NCBI GenBank assembly: GCA_028694875.1
Contig: JAQVKB010000001.1
Span: 1-25,279 of the forward strand
Source: Candidatus Izemoplasmatales bacterium
GTDB taxonomy: Bacteria; Bacillota_I; Bacilli_A; Izemoplasmatales; Hujiaoplasmataceae
DNA: 25,279 nucleotides
Reading direction: 5' to 3'
The notes under the pieces are model-generated. The model saw only the letters and a list, made by a program, of their open reading frames with translations, made no database searches and was not told where the DNA came from. Of this stretch, positions 16,840 to 25,196 are shown piece by piece. Both the position numbers and the translations under genes were made by a program. The first letter of the stretch is position 1. Every line of letters starts with the position of its first letter.

Positions 16840-17910
16840 ATGCTGACAGAACGACTCGATCAAATCGAGAAACGATATCACGAAATTCAAAACTTGTTGA
16901 TGGACCCGAAAGTTTCGAGTGACATCAAGAAATTAACGGAACTCTCGAAAGAGTCCCGTTCTTTGGAAAAGACCGTGGAGATTTATCAAGAATACAAAAA
17001 AGCCCTCGAGGATCTCGAAGGCTTAAAAGAAATGGTCAAAGAAAGCGAAGGCGAGATTCGTGAAATGGCGGAACTCGAACTCGAAGAAGTGACTCTCAAG
17101 GTTCCAACCCTCGAAGAAGAACTTCATGTCTTGCTCATCCCGAAGGATCCCAATGACGAGAAAAACGTCATCGTCGAAATTCGTGGTGCGGCGGGAGGCG
17201 ATGAGGGCAACATCTTCGCTGGTGACCTCGCGCGGATGTATTTTAAATTCGCGGAAAGCAAAGGTTGGAAAGTGGAAGTCTTGTATGCCGATGTGGCGGA
17301 AGCCGGTGGTTATTCGCAAATCGAATTCCAAGTCAGCGGCGACGCCGTCTATTCCTACATGAAATATGAAAGTGGCGTTCACCGTGTCCAACGCGTCCCT
17401 GCGACCGAGTCGCAAGGACGGATTCACACGTCCACCGCCACCGTTCTAGTTGTACCTGAAGCCGAAGAACTCGATTTTGAAATCGATCTCGACGATGTTC
17501 GCGTTGATACGTTCTGTTCTTCTGGCCCTGGCGGACAATCCGTCAATACGACCAAGTCCGCAGTTCGTTTGACACATGAGCCTACAGGTACTGTGGTACA
17601 ATGCCAAGACGGGAAAAGCCAACACGAAAACAAAGCCAGTGCTTTGAAAATTTTGCGTAGCCGTTTGTATGACAAAATGCTTCAAGAAAAGCTCGACAAA
17701 GAAGGCGAAGAACGCAAATCCAAGATTGGCACCGGCGATCGCTCGGAGAAAATTCGGACGTACAACTATCCGCAAAATCGGATTACCGATCATCGCATCA
17801 ATTTCACCATCCAACAACTCGATCGTATCATCGATGGTCGCTTGGATCCAGTGATTGAAGCGCTCATCGCGGAGGAGCAAAAACGGAAGCTCCAGAAAGA
17901 AGAAGAGTAA
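16840..17910 (+). CDS. prfA: Peptide chain release factor 1
   Basis: GGQ motif (GPGGQSVNTT), RF1 PxT tripeptide (VQRVPATE), RTYNYPQNRITDHR. Confidence 0.98.
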   Translation: MLTERLDQIEKRYHEIQNLLMDPKVSSDIKKLTELSKESRSLEKTVEIYQEYKKALEDLEGLKEMVKESEGEIREMAELELEEVTLKVPTLEEELHVLLIPKDPNDEKNVIVEIRGAAGGDEGNIFAGDLARMYFKFAESKGWKVEVLYADVAEAGGYSQIEFQVSGDAVYSYMKYESGVHRVQRVPATESQGRIHTSTATVLVVPEAEELDFEIDLDDVRVDTFCSSGPGGQSVNTTKSAVRLTHEPTGTVVQCQDGKSQHENKASALKILRSRLYDKMLQEKLDKEGEERKSKIGTGDRSEKIRTYNYPQNRITDHRINFTIQQLDRIIDGRLDPVIEALIAEEQKRKLQKEEE

Positions 17911-18764
17911 TGCCAACATATCGCCAAGCCTTGCGCGAAGGCGAAAAGATGGCTCATGCGAATCACATGGAAAGTTCCGCGGCGAAAGTATTGTTATTGC
18001 ACCATTCTGAAATGGAAAATGCGGCGCTTTATTTGCATCTCGACGATGTCATGTCTGAAGCACAATACGCAGGTTTTCTTGAAGGATGCCATCGTCATTT
18101 TGAACGCAAAGAACCGGTTCAATATGTCGTTGGGTATACCTATTTCTATGGATACAAGTTCCATGTGGATGAACGCGTTTTGATTCCTCGTTTTGAAACC
18201 GAAGAACTCGTCGCCAATGTGCTCTTTCATTATGATGAAATGTTTGATGGGAAAGACGTTGCCCTTGTCGATGTCGGCACCGGATCGGGTTGCTTGGCCG
18301 TCGCTTTGGCGTTGGAAGAAAGTCACCTTCACGTCTCGGCGAGCGATATTAGCGAAGCAGCTTTGGCTGTCGCGAAGCAGAATGCCGCGTATTTGAATAG
18401 TCCCGTCACTTTCACGCAAGGAGACATGTTACAGCCTTTCGAAGGAAAGAAATTTGATATTCTGGTTTCGAATCCTCCGTACATTCCCGATGAAGAATTC
18501 GTCGAAGAAATCATCAAGAATCACGAACCCCATACGGCCTTGTTTGGCGGATCGGATGGACTCAAGTTCTATGAGATCATCCTATCAGGAGCCAAGGACA
18601 TTTTGAACGAAGAAAACTTCCTGGCGTTCGAACACGCGTATAATACCAAAGACGCACTGAAAGAACTTGCGCTTCGGTATTTTCCCGAAGCTGAAATCGT
18701 TCAATATCAAGATATGCAAGGCAAAGACCGAATGACCTTTGTCATCAACCGTCGGAAATCATAA
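17910..18764 (+). CDS. prmC: Release factor glutamine methyltransferase PrmC/HemK
   Basis: VLIPRFETEEL, SAM motif DVGTGSGC, SNPPY, GGSDGL. TAATG overlap with prfA. Confidence 0.97.
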   Translation: MPTYRQALREGEKMAHANHMESSAAKVLLLHHSEMENAALYLHLDDVMSEAQYAGFLEGCHRHFERKEPVQYVVGYTYFYGYKFHVDERVLIPRFETEELVANVLFHYDEMFDGKDVALVDVGTGSGCLAVALALEESHLHVSASDISEAALAVAKQNAAYLNSPVTFTQGDMLQPFEGKKFDILVSNPPYIPDEEFVEEIIKNHEPHTALFGGSDGLKFYEIILSGAKDILNEENFLAFEHAYNTKDALKELALRYFPEAEIVQYQDMQGKDRMTFVINRRKS

Positions 18765-18778
18765 ACCGGCGGTTTTTT
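18747..18778 (+). terminator. Intrinsic terminator overlapping the prmC 3' end
   Basis: AACCGTCGG-AAATCATAAA-CCGGCGGTT-TTTT. The stop codon lies in the loop. Confidence 0.65.
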
Positions 18779-18843
18779 ATTTCACCCTATGATATAATGG
18801 TTTCTAGACACCGTAGATGCCCTATTTCGAAGGAGGTGACGTC

Positions 18844-20625
18844 ATGAAAGCAACCCCTATGTTTCCAGAAATTCCCGATTGGGCCAAACGCCAAATTGAA
18901 GCCATTCCTGCCAAAAGCGAAGACCCCGTCTATGCGAGTTTGTGCATTCTCCTGGAAAATTGGAATGTCTATGATGACGCCATCGATCGCACTGTCTGGT
19001 TGGCGCTCTTCCCGAAAGAACAAGATGAGAATGTCATTCTCCGATTCTCAGAAATTCTGGAAAGTGCCAAGAAATTGACCGAAGATCAACGCAATCAACT
19101 GGCAAAATCGACGCCGATGCTCAACAACCGACAATATGATATTGTCTATCAAGCAATTTTAAAACAAAGACAATTTTTAGGAGCTTCGGACCGAAAAGCC
19201 TACATTGGCGATTTTGTTCAAGCCATCCTCGATGAAATCCGTTCAGGAAGCATGCGTGAGGATAGTGAACATCTTCATAAAATCCTTCAAGATGACAACT
19301 TGCATTTGTTCAAAGCCTATTTGGAAGAAGGATCTTTCGAATTGGAAATGAAAACGTATCATGAGGATACGTTGTTTCACGCCGCCGCCAAAGCCAATGC
19401 CATCCGCATTTTGGGTTATTTGATTTCTGAAGTTCCAACCTGGATTGAAGAAGATAACCGATATCATGAAACCCCACTCTTTTCCGCCGCCATCGCGGGC
19501 TCCCAAGAGGCGTTTGATCTCTTGATGTCGAGAGGGGCCAACCCCAATCGCCTTTGTGAACGCAACGCAACGCCGCTTTCTGCCGTGGTTTATTCCGAAA
19601 ATATCCAGTTTCTCGATCATCTCCTGGATGACTATCACATCGAAGGCGAACGCTTGATTCATCCCGATCTATTGCTTGATGCCATGGAAGATGAAAGGAT
19701 CGAAGGAATCGTCCACTTGTTGCGAAAAGGTGTGTTCGAAATCACGAAACCCTATGACCATGGTAGAACCCTCTTCACGATGGCCTTAACCGCGAACAAT
19801 CCGATGTTTGCGACGAGACTATTGAATGAGTTTCATTATCCCAAAGATTTACCCGATGAGATTGGTTATTTCCCAATCCATGCGGCCATCGAGTTTGATC
19901 AAGTAGATTTGTTCCAACAATTATTGGGCGAAGGCTATGAAGACATGACGATGTATGGCGAGACGATGCTGGAAGTCTCGATCATTCATCATGCCAAAGC
20001 TTGTTTTCCTTTGCTTTATGCTAGAAATGGTCATCGTTTTGATGACCTTACACGTGCGACATGGTTTGCGTCCAAAACAGCTTTTGTGGAAGTGCTACGA
20101 GAACTCAAAAAACATGATGCTACCTTCACTTTGTTTGCGAACCAAACATCTCCGATTGTCGAGATGATGAGAAATGACCGATCCAGCATGGTTCTGGAGT
20201 TTCTCGACATGACTGATGTCGAAACTCACAATATGGAGAAGATTCCTTTGTTGATTGACCCTACCTTCCATCAAGATATGGAAGTGGTCTCAAAACTATT
20301 GGACATGGGGGCCGATCCCAATATCCCTGTAATCTATGGAAAAAAGTCTTTCTATCCATTGATGAATGCCATCTTCCATGACAATCTTCCGATGGTGAAA
20401 CTACTGACCAATCATGGTGCGGATGTGAATTTGAAAACAATCGACGGTTGGCGTGCTCTGGATGTCGCGATCACGGAACACGTAAGCGAAGTCCTGTTGG
20501 AATATCTTCGTGATTTAGGTGCCAAACGCTCTTTTTGGAAAATAGCAAAGATCAAACCGATTCTTGGATTGATCTTCGTCATTCTGTTAGGATTGATTTA
20601 TCTGTATCAATTATTCTTGGCATAA
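18844..20625 (+). CDS. Ankyrin-repeat protein with a C-terminal transmembrane tail
   Basis: Start ATG 18844 after GGAGGTG. Repeats include TLFHAAAKAN, ETPLFSAAIAG...GANPN, FPIHAAIE, GADPN...YPLMNAI, GADVN...WRALDVA. Ends KIKPILGLIFVILLGLIYLYQLFLA. Confidence 0.88.
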   Translation: MKATPMFPEIPDWAKRQIEAIPAKSEDPVYASLCILLENWNVYDDAIDRTVWLALFPKEQDENVILRFSEILESAKKLTEDQRNQLAKSTPMLNNRQYDIVYQAILKQRQFLGASDRKAYIGDFVQAILDEIRSGSMREDSEHLHKILQDDNLHLFKAYLEEGSFELEMKTYHEDTLFHAAAKANAIRILGYLISEVPTWIEEDNRYHETPLFSAAIAGSQEAFDLLMSRGANPNRLCERNATPLSAVVYSENIQFLDHLLDDYHIEGERLIHPDLLLDAMEDERIEGIVHLLRKGVFEITKPYDHGRTLFTMALTANNPMFATRLLNEFHYPKDLPDEIGYFPIHAAIEFDQVDLFQQLLGEGYEDMTMYGETMLEVSIIHHAKACFPLLYARNGHRFDDLTRATWFASKTAFVEVLRELKKHDATFTLFANQTSPIVEMMRNDRSSMVLEFLDMTDVETHNMEKIPLLIDPTFHQDMEVVSKLLDMGADPNIPVIYGKKSFYPLMNAIFHDNLPMVKLLTNHGADVNLKTIDGWRALDVAITEHVSEVLLEYLRDLGAKRSFWKIAKIKPILGLIFVILLGLIYLYQLFLA

Positions 20626-20636
20626 AAAATTTTTCG

Positions 20637-20662
20637 AAAGCCCCTTCTGGGGGCTTTTTTTT
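20637..20662 (+). terminator. Intrinsic terminator after the ankyrin gene
   Basis: AAAGCCCC-TTCTG-GGGGCTTT followed by a long T tract. Confidence 0.85.
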
Positions 20663-20701
20663 CTTTTATTTCCAAATGTGAAAAAAATCCCAAAAAAGAG
20701 A

Positions 20702-20748
20702 TTGACAATATATTTCCATATGTGGTAATATTACATCAGATGGGAATA
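20702..20748 (+). promoter_or_regulatory. Promoter with an overlapping inverted-repeat operator for the HTH-CPBP unit
   Basis: TTGACA(20702-20707)-18 bp-TAATAT(20726-20731) with TG extension. Imperfect inverted repeat 20711-20748 centred on the palindrome GTAATATTAC. Confidence 0.6.
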
Positions 20749-20770
20749 AACATCACAAGGGGGTATTGAA

Positions 20771-21310
20771 ATGAGTTCCAATCCAATGAGTACATTACTC
20801 AATCCGGTTCGCCTTCAAATCTTGAAAACATTGTTGGTAATCGAAAAGGCCACTCCCAAAGAAATGGGAGATCAATTAAAGGATGTTCCAACCACGACGC
20901 TTTATCGTCATTTGAATACGATGATTGAAGAAGGCGTACTGGAAATTGTTTCGGAAAAGCAGAAGCGCGGTACGATGGAAAGAACTTATCGGATTCGAAA
21001 GAATCCACTGCCATCGCTACGACTTCATGCGGATGAAATGAGCGCAAGCGAATTGTTAGAATTGTTCTATAGTTTTTCGATTTCACAAATGATGGATTTT
21101 TCCCAGATGTTAGGGAAAGAGAATCCCAAAGTGGAGTCCGATCACATCGGTTTCTCCACGTATCTTCTTCACTTGAATGACGAAGAACTGAAGAATTTCA
21201 AAAGCGATCTTGGGAATATTCTGAAGGTCTATGGGGTTAAGACGGAACATGAGGGATCGCGTATCCATAAGTTCTCGTTGACTTTCCTTCCGGAACAAGG
21301 ATCGAAATAA
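20771..21310 (+). CDS. ArsR/HTH_20-like winged-helix transcriptional regulator with a C-terminal domain
   Basis: LLNPVRLQIL...TPKEMGDQLKDVPTTTLYRHLNTMIEEGVLEIVSEKQKRGTMERTY. Confidence 0.85.
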   Translation: MSSNPMSTLLNPVRLQILKTLLVIEKATPKEMGDQLKDVPTTTLYRHLNTMIEEGVLEIVSEKQKRGTMERTYRIRKNPLPSLRLHADEMSASELLELFYSFSISQMMDFSQMLGKENPKVESDHIGFSTYLLHLNDEELKNFKSDLGNILKVYGVKTEHEGSRIHKFSLTFLPEQGSK

Positions 21311-21319
21311 GGGAGACTC

Positions 21320-22021
21320 ATGAAAACAAAAACATTGAATTGGCTTCAAGTTGTCTTTTACAGCTTGTTTCCGGGTGCCATGGTGGGGATGTTTTATTTT
21401 CTAACAGGGCCATTCTTTATTGAGAAAGGGTACCCAGCAATCTTTGTTCTATGTCTCGCTGTCATTTTCGTTCTTGTCCCTTTAGAAGTAGGCATTATGA
21501 TTTGGGTGAAAAAGCGTCAAGGGAAAGTGATCTTATTTGAAAAGTCCAACCTCGATTGGAAAAGAGGGATCCTTTGGGTGGTTGGTCTGGTGTGTTATAG
21601 TGGAATCATTTTTGCGACAATCGGAAAAATTGTCGTAACATGGTTGAAACAAACAGTATTTGCTTTCATGCCAAGTTGGTCGATAGAAAATGCGTTTGAG
21701 GGGGATCATACCGTGTTGGTTTGGACGTTTGTGTTGGTGATGATTTTTGCCAATGTCGTGGGGCCGTTGGTGGAAGAGTTCTATTTTCGTGGTTTCATTC
21801 TTTCAAGGATGCCGAAACGAGCTGTGACGAGTGTCGTCATGAGTGCACTCTTGTTTGCACTGTATCATTTCTGGTCTCCATGGGACTTTGTCGCAAGGAC
21901 GGTGATGGTGATTCCTTTTGGATATGCTGTTCAAAAAACTGGAAACATTTGGATTTCGATTGCAGCGCATATCAGTGTCAATATCATCTCTTCAATCTCG
22001 TTGATTACGTTGATTGCGTAA
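21320..22021 (+). CDS. CPBP/Abi (CAAX protease-like) intramembrane glutamic endopeptidase
   Basis: EEFYFRG, SALLFALYH and AAHISVN motifs with multiple TM helices. Confidence 0.9.
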   Translation: MKTKTLNWLQVVFYSLFPGAMVGMFYFLTGPFFIEKGYPAIFVLCLAVIFVLVPLEVGIMIWVKKRQGKVILFEKSNLDWKRGILWVVGLVCYSGIIFATIGKIVVTWLKQTVFAFMPSWSIENAFEGDHTVLVWTFVLVMIFANVVGPLVEEFYFRGFILSRMPKRAVTSVVMSALLFALYHFWSPWDFVARTVMVIPFGYAVQKTGNIWISIAAHISVNIISSISLITLIA

Positions 22022-22103
22022 CTCGATATCGTTTCATTCAGAATATCTCTCAAGACTTGTTATGCCAATAGGTTTGGTGTATGATGAAGCTGGAGGTGAT
22101 AGG

Positions 22104-22442
22104 ATGAAACTCGCAAGAACAATCGCGTCGATTTATCTCTATGCGATGGCTGGATTTTTTGTGCTCATGTCTTTGGATGTCTTTGCCATCGAAGGCTACT
22201 CGTTTTGGGAATTACTCGGCGGCTTTTTGATGAGCATTCTCCCTGGAATTTTATTGGCTTTGGTCGTATACTTCTTGCGCAAATATCCACTCTGGCTTGG
22301 TTTGATTGTATTGGCGGCGAATCTCTATTTCTTGTTTTTCTTTCACATGGCAAGCGATGTATTCTTGATGCTCATGATGTTTGTGCCTATGACAATGGCT
22401 TCCGCCATCTTTGTTGGTTCCCATTTTTCCGCGAAATCTTGA
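22104..22442 (+). CDS. Hypothetical membrane protein (about 4 TM, 112 aa)
   Basis: ATG 22104 after GGAGGTG. Almost entirely hydrophobic. Possible promoter TTGTTA-17-TATGAT at 22057-22085. Confidence 0.75.
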   Translation: MKLARTIASIYLYAMAGFFVLMSLDVFAIEGYSFWELLGGFLMSILPGILLALVVYFLRKYPLWLGLIVLAANLYFLFFFHMASDVFLMLMMFVPMTMASAIFVGSHFSAKS

Positions 22443-22467
22443 CATTTTTGGCAATCGTGAATATAAT
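22439..22467 (+). promoter_or_regulatory. Perfect sigma-A promoter of the 83-aa membrane protein gene
   Basis: TTGACA(22439-22444)-17 bp-TATAAT(22462-22467). The -35 contains the upstream gene's TGA stop. Confidence 0.85.
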
Positions 22468-22500
22468 AGACTCAAGACACATCATAGAGGGAGAGACACA

Positions 22501-22752
22501 ATGTTTCAAAAAGAACAAATGGGCGTTTTTGATTGGATTCTGTATTTCATTCTATTGGCAATTCCGGTTGTAGGTCTCATTATTTTTATCGTCGTATTAT
22601 TTTCTAGTGAAACCAACCAATCGCTTAAGAATTTCCAATGGGCACAAGTGGTCATGGTCATTTTCGTAGTAGTATTGATGCTGACAGTGTTTGCGCCATT
22701 ATTCAACGAACTCATCGACATGATCAACAACGGCAATTTCCCAATGCCATAA
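22501..22752 (+). CDS. Small hypothetical membrane protein (83 aa, 2 TM)
   Basis: ATG 22501 after GAGGGAG. MFQKEQMGVFDWILYFILLAIPVVGLIIFIVVLFS...; has its own promoter and terminator. Confidence 0.8.
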   Translation: MFQKEQMGVFDWILYFILLAIPVVGLIIFIVVLFSSETNQSLKNFQWAQVVMVIFVVVLMLTVFAPLFNELIDMINNGNFPMP

Positions 22753-22753
22753 G

Positions 22754-22780
22754 AAAGTGCGCTTCGGCGCACTTTTTTTT
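22754..22780 (+). terminator. Intrinsic terminator
   Basis: AAAGTGCGC-TTCG-GCGCACTTT plus T tract; C(UUCG)G tetraloop. Confidence 0.9.
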
Positions 22781-22839
22781 GCTTCAAACGTGACATTTTT
22801 GGGCGGATAGTGTATGCTTGGAAGAGGTTGGTGACGCGT

Positions 22840-23385
22840 ATGAATGCATGGAAACATCTTAAAACAATTTCAAAACATCGTCGATTGGTATTTCGACATT
22901 GCCGCAAAGCGGGATTGTTCTGGCAAGGACTCGTTCATGATCTTTCAAAGTTCAGTTGGGCGGAATTTTCTGTCGGTGTCCAATATTACCAAGAAAATCG
23001 ATCCCCGAATGAAAAAGAGCGCCGTGAGATTGGATATTCCACGGCTTGGCTTCATCATCAAGGAAGAAACAAACACCACTTTGAATATTGGTTGGATTAC
23101 AACCCTGTAAAAAAGGTGTTGTCTCCCATCGAAATGCCGCCACGATATTTGGTGGAAATGGTTTGTGATCGTATGGCCGCTTCGAAAGTGTATGAGGGGT
23201 CCAATTATACCAATGCTTCGCCTCTCGAGTATTTGCTTCGTTCGAAAGATCGCATCATGATGCATGAACAGACCAAAGAAGATTTGGAGCGTCTCCTGAC
23301 GTTATTGAAAGATGAAGGGGAAGAAGCGTTATTCGAGCAACTTCGACTTCTCGTGAAATCCGAAAAAAAACGACACATCCAATGA
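22840..23385 (+). CDS. DUF5662-like protein (HD-type metal-binding, function unknown)
   Basis: Likely ATG 22840. H..H, HDLSKF, AWLHHQGRNKHHFEYW and EMVCDRMAASK match the family as I recall it. Confidence 0.75.
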   Translation: MNAWKHLKTISKHRRLVFRHCRKAGLFWQGLVHDLSKFSWAEFSVGVQYYQENRSPNEKERREIGYSTAWLHHQGRNKHHFEYWLDYNPVKKVLSPIEMPPRYLVEMVCDRMAASKVYEGSNYTNASPLEYLLRSKDRIMMHEQTKEDLERLLTLLKDEGEEALFEQLRLLVKSEKKRHIQ

Positions 23386-23398
23386 ATGTGTCGTTTTT
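23366..23398. terminator. Bidirectional terminator between the DUF5662 gene and gnd
   Basis: AAAAACGACACAT-CCAATGA-ATGTGTCGTTTTT: 13-bp stem with the DUF5662 stop codon in the loop. Confidence 0.85.
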
Positions 23399-23400
23399 GT

Positions 23401-24849
23401 TTAGACGTTGTAGGTCGTGGATGAGGTATCTCCGCCTTCACCAGTCCAATTGGTATGGAAGAATTTCCCTCTAGGTTGATCGATCCGTTCGTAGGTATGC
23501 GCTCCAAAATAGTCGCGCATCGCTTGAAGTAAATTGGCCGGGAGTTGCTCTGTTGTCAAACCATCGAAATAGGATAAGCCAGAAGCAAGCGTTGGAATCG
23601 CGATTCCGCGGAGCACTGCGGTCGATACTACGTTTCTCCACGATTGAATTCTACTGGAAACCGCTTCTTGGAAATAAGGATCAAGTAAAAGGTTTTTGAG
23701 TTGGGGATCTTGATCGTAAGCATCCTTGATTTTTCCCAAAAATGCGCTTCGGATGATACAACCGCCTCGCCACATCAGCGCAATTTCACCAAAGTTGAGT
23801 TTCCATCCTTGAGAGAGTGCCGCTTGACGCATTAAGACAAACCCTTGGGCATATGAAATAATCTTCGCCGCATATAGAGCATCTTTGAGAGCGGAAAGCA
23901 GTTCTTGTTTCTGCGGATATTCTTTGAAGGTCGGTTTCAAATAGGCTTTCGATGCGAGGAGACGGTCTTCTTTGAGCGCACTTAACGCACGCGCATGTAC
24001 GCTCTCATCAATCAAGGGCAGAGGAACGCCTTCTTCCAGGGAAGCAATCACGGTCCATTTTCCAGTTCCCTTTTGTCCTGCGGTATCTAAAATCTTTTCC
24101 ACAAGAGGAGTATTGTCGGTATCTTTCTTTTTCAAAATATGCGATGTAATCTCAATCAAATAGGAGTCGAGTTCGGTTTGGTTCCACTCAGCAAAGACTT
24201 CCGCCATTTCATCGGAAGACATTCCCAAGACGTTTTTCATCATCGCATAGATTTCTGTAATGAGTTGGATATCACCATACTCAATGCCATTATGAACCAT
24301 TTTTACAAAATGACCGGCACCACCATCACCAACCCATTCGCAACAAACTTCGCCATCAGAAGTTTTGGCCGCGATGCTTTGAAGAATCGGGCGAACTTCC
24401 TCCCAGGCTTTCGCACTACCTCCTGGCATGATGGACGGTCCTTTCAACGCGCCTTCTTCCCCACCGGAAACACCAGCGCCAATGAAGTAGAGTTGATGTT
24501 CTTCGAGAAGTTTCATCCGTCGCTCGGTATCTGGAAAATGAGAATTTCCACCATCAATGATGATGTCTCCTGGCGCCAACAAGGGAATCAAACTTGAAAT
24601 CACTTGATCGACAGGATTTCCAGCACGAATCATCATCATCACTTTGCGTGGTGTTTCTAACTTGGCGACTAGGTCGGCCAAACTCTCCGCAAAGACGATA
24701 TTTTTCCCCTGAGCACGATTAGCTTTGAATTGATTCATTCTTTGTGAATCAATATCAAACGCGGCGACAGAAAAACCTTTGGATTCGATATTGAGAACTA
24801 GATTCTCGCCCATGACGGCGAGACCAATCATACCTATGTTTGCTTTCAT
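23401..24849 (-). CDS. gnd: 6-phosphogluconate dehydrogenase, decarboxylating (NADP-dependent, long form)
   Basis: True start ATG 24849 after AAGGAG. IGMIGLAVMGENL, IIIDGGNS, GVSGGEEGA, GHFVKMVHNGIEY, MWRGGCIIRS, QAMRDYFGAHTY. Confidence 0.97.
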   Translation of the reverse strand: MKANIGMIGLAVMGENLVLNIESKGFSVAAFDIDSQRMNQFKANRAQGKNIVFAESLADLVAKLETPRKVMMMIRAGNPVDQVISSLIPLLAPGDIIIDGGNSHFPDTERRMKLLEEHQLYFIGAGVSGGEEGALKGPSIMPGGSAKAWEEVRPILQSIAAKTSDGEVCCEWVGDGGAGHFVKMVHNGIEYGDIQLITEIYAMMKNVLGMSSDEMAEVFAEWNQTELDSYLIEITSHILKKKDTDNTPLVEKILDTAGQKGTGKWTVIASLEEGVPLPLIDESVHARALSALKEDRLLASKAYLKPTFKEYPQKQELLSALKDALYAAKIISYAQGFVLMRQAALSQGWKLNFGEIALMWRGGCIIRSAFLGKIKDAYDQDPQLKNLLLDPYFQEAVSSRIQSWRNVVSTAVLRGIAIPTLASGLSYFDGLTTEQLPANLLQAMRDYFGAHTYERIDQPRGKFFHTNWTGEGGDTSSTTYNV

Positions 24850-24884
24850 GGTATACTCCTTGAAAAAAATAATGGATTTTGAAC

Positions 24885-25196
24885 TTACGAAAAACGAACC
24901 CAAGTGTCGGCCCAGCCGGCGATGGACGCCATCACGGGAGCCAAAGAACGACCTTTATCGGTCAATTCGTACTCGATCTTGACCGGGGTTTCAGGATAGA
25001 CATTGCGTTGGATGACGCCTTCTTGTTCCAACTCTTTGAGTCGTTCGCTGAGCATTTTTCCACTGACATGGATTTCGCTTTCCAATTCGGAAAATCGTTT
25101 GGGACGATCAAGAAGTTGATTCACAATCAGGCCCACCCAACGTTTTCCTAACAATTGAGCCGCGTGTTCGAATTTAGGGCATATTGGATCAGACAT
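24885..25196 (-). CDS. HxlR/DUF24 (YodB-like) winged-helix redox-sensing regulator
   Basis: ATG 25196 after GAGGTG. MSDPICPKFEHAAQLLGKRWVGLIV...KRFSE...KMLSERLKELE...ETPVKIEYELTDKG, with the N-terminal CP cysteine typical of YodB/HypR. Confidence 0.92.
   Translation of the reverse strand: MSDPICPKFEHAAQLLGKRWVGLIVNQLLDRPKRFSELESEIHVSGKMLSERLKELEQEGVIQRNVYPETPVKIEYELTDKGRSLAPVMASIAGWADTWVRFS

Noticed and set aside
20676-20693. Rex-like site ATGTGAA-AAAA-ATCCCAA
   Set aside because: Three mismatches to TTGTGAA-N4-TTCACAA, in an A-tract that reads as a UP element, and upstream of genes unrelated to NADH balance.
24850-24903. N-terminal extension of Gnd in the ORF track
   Set aside because: It overlaps the HxlR gene end; the SD-supported start is ATG 24849.
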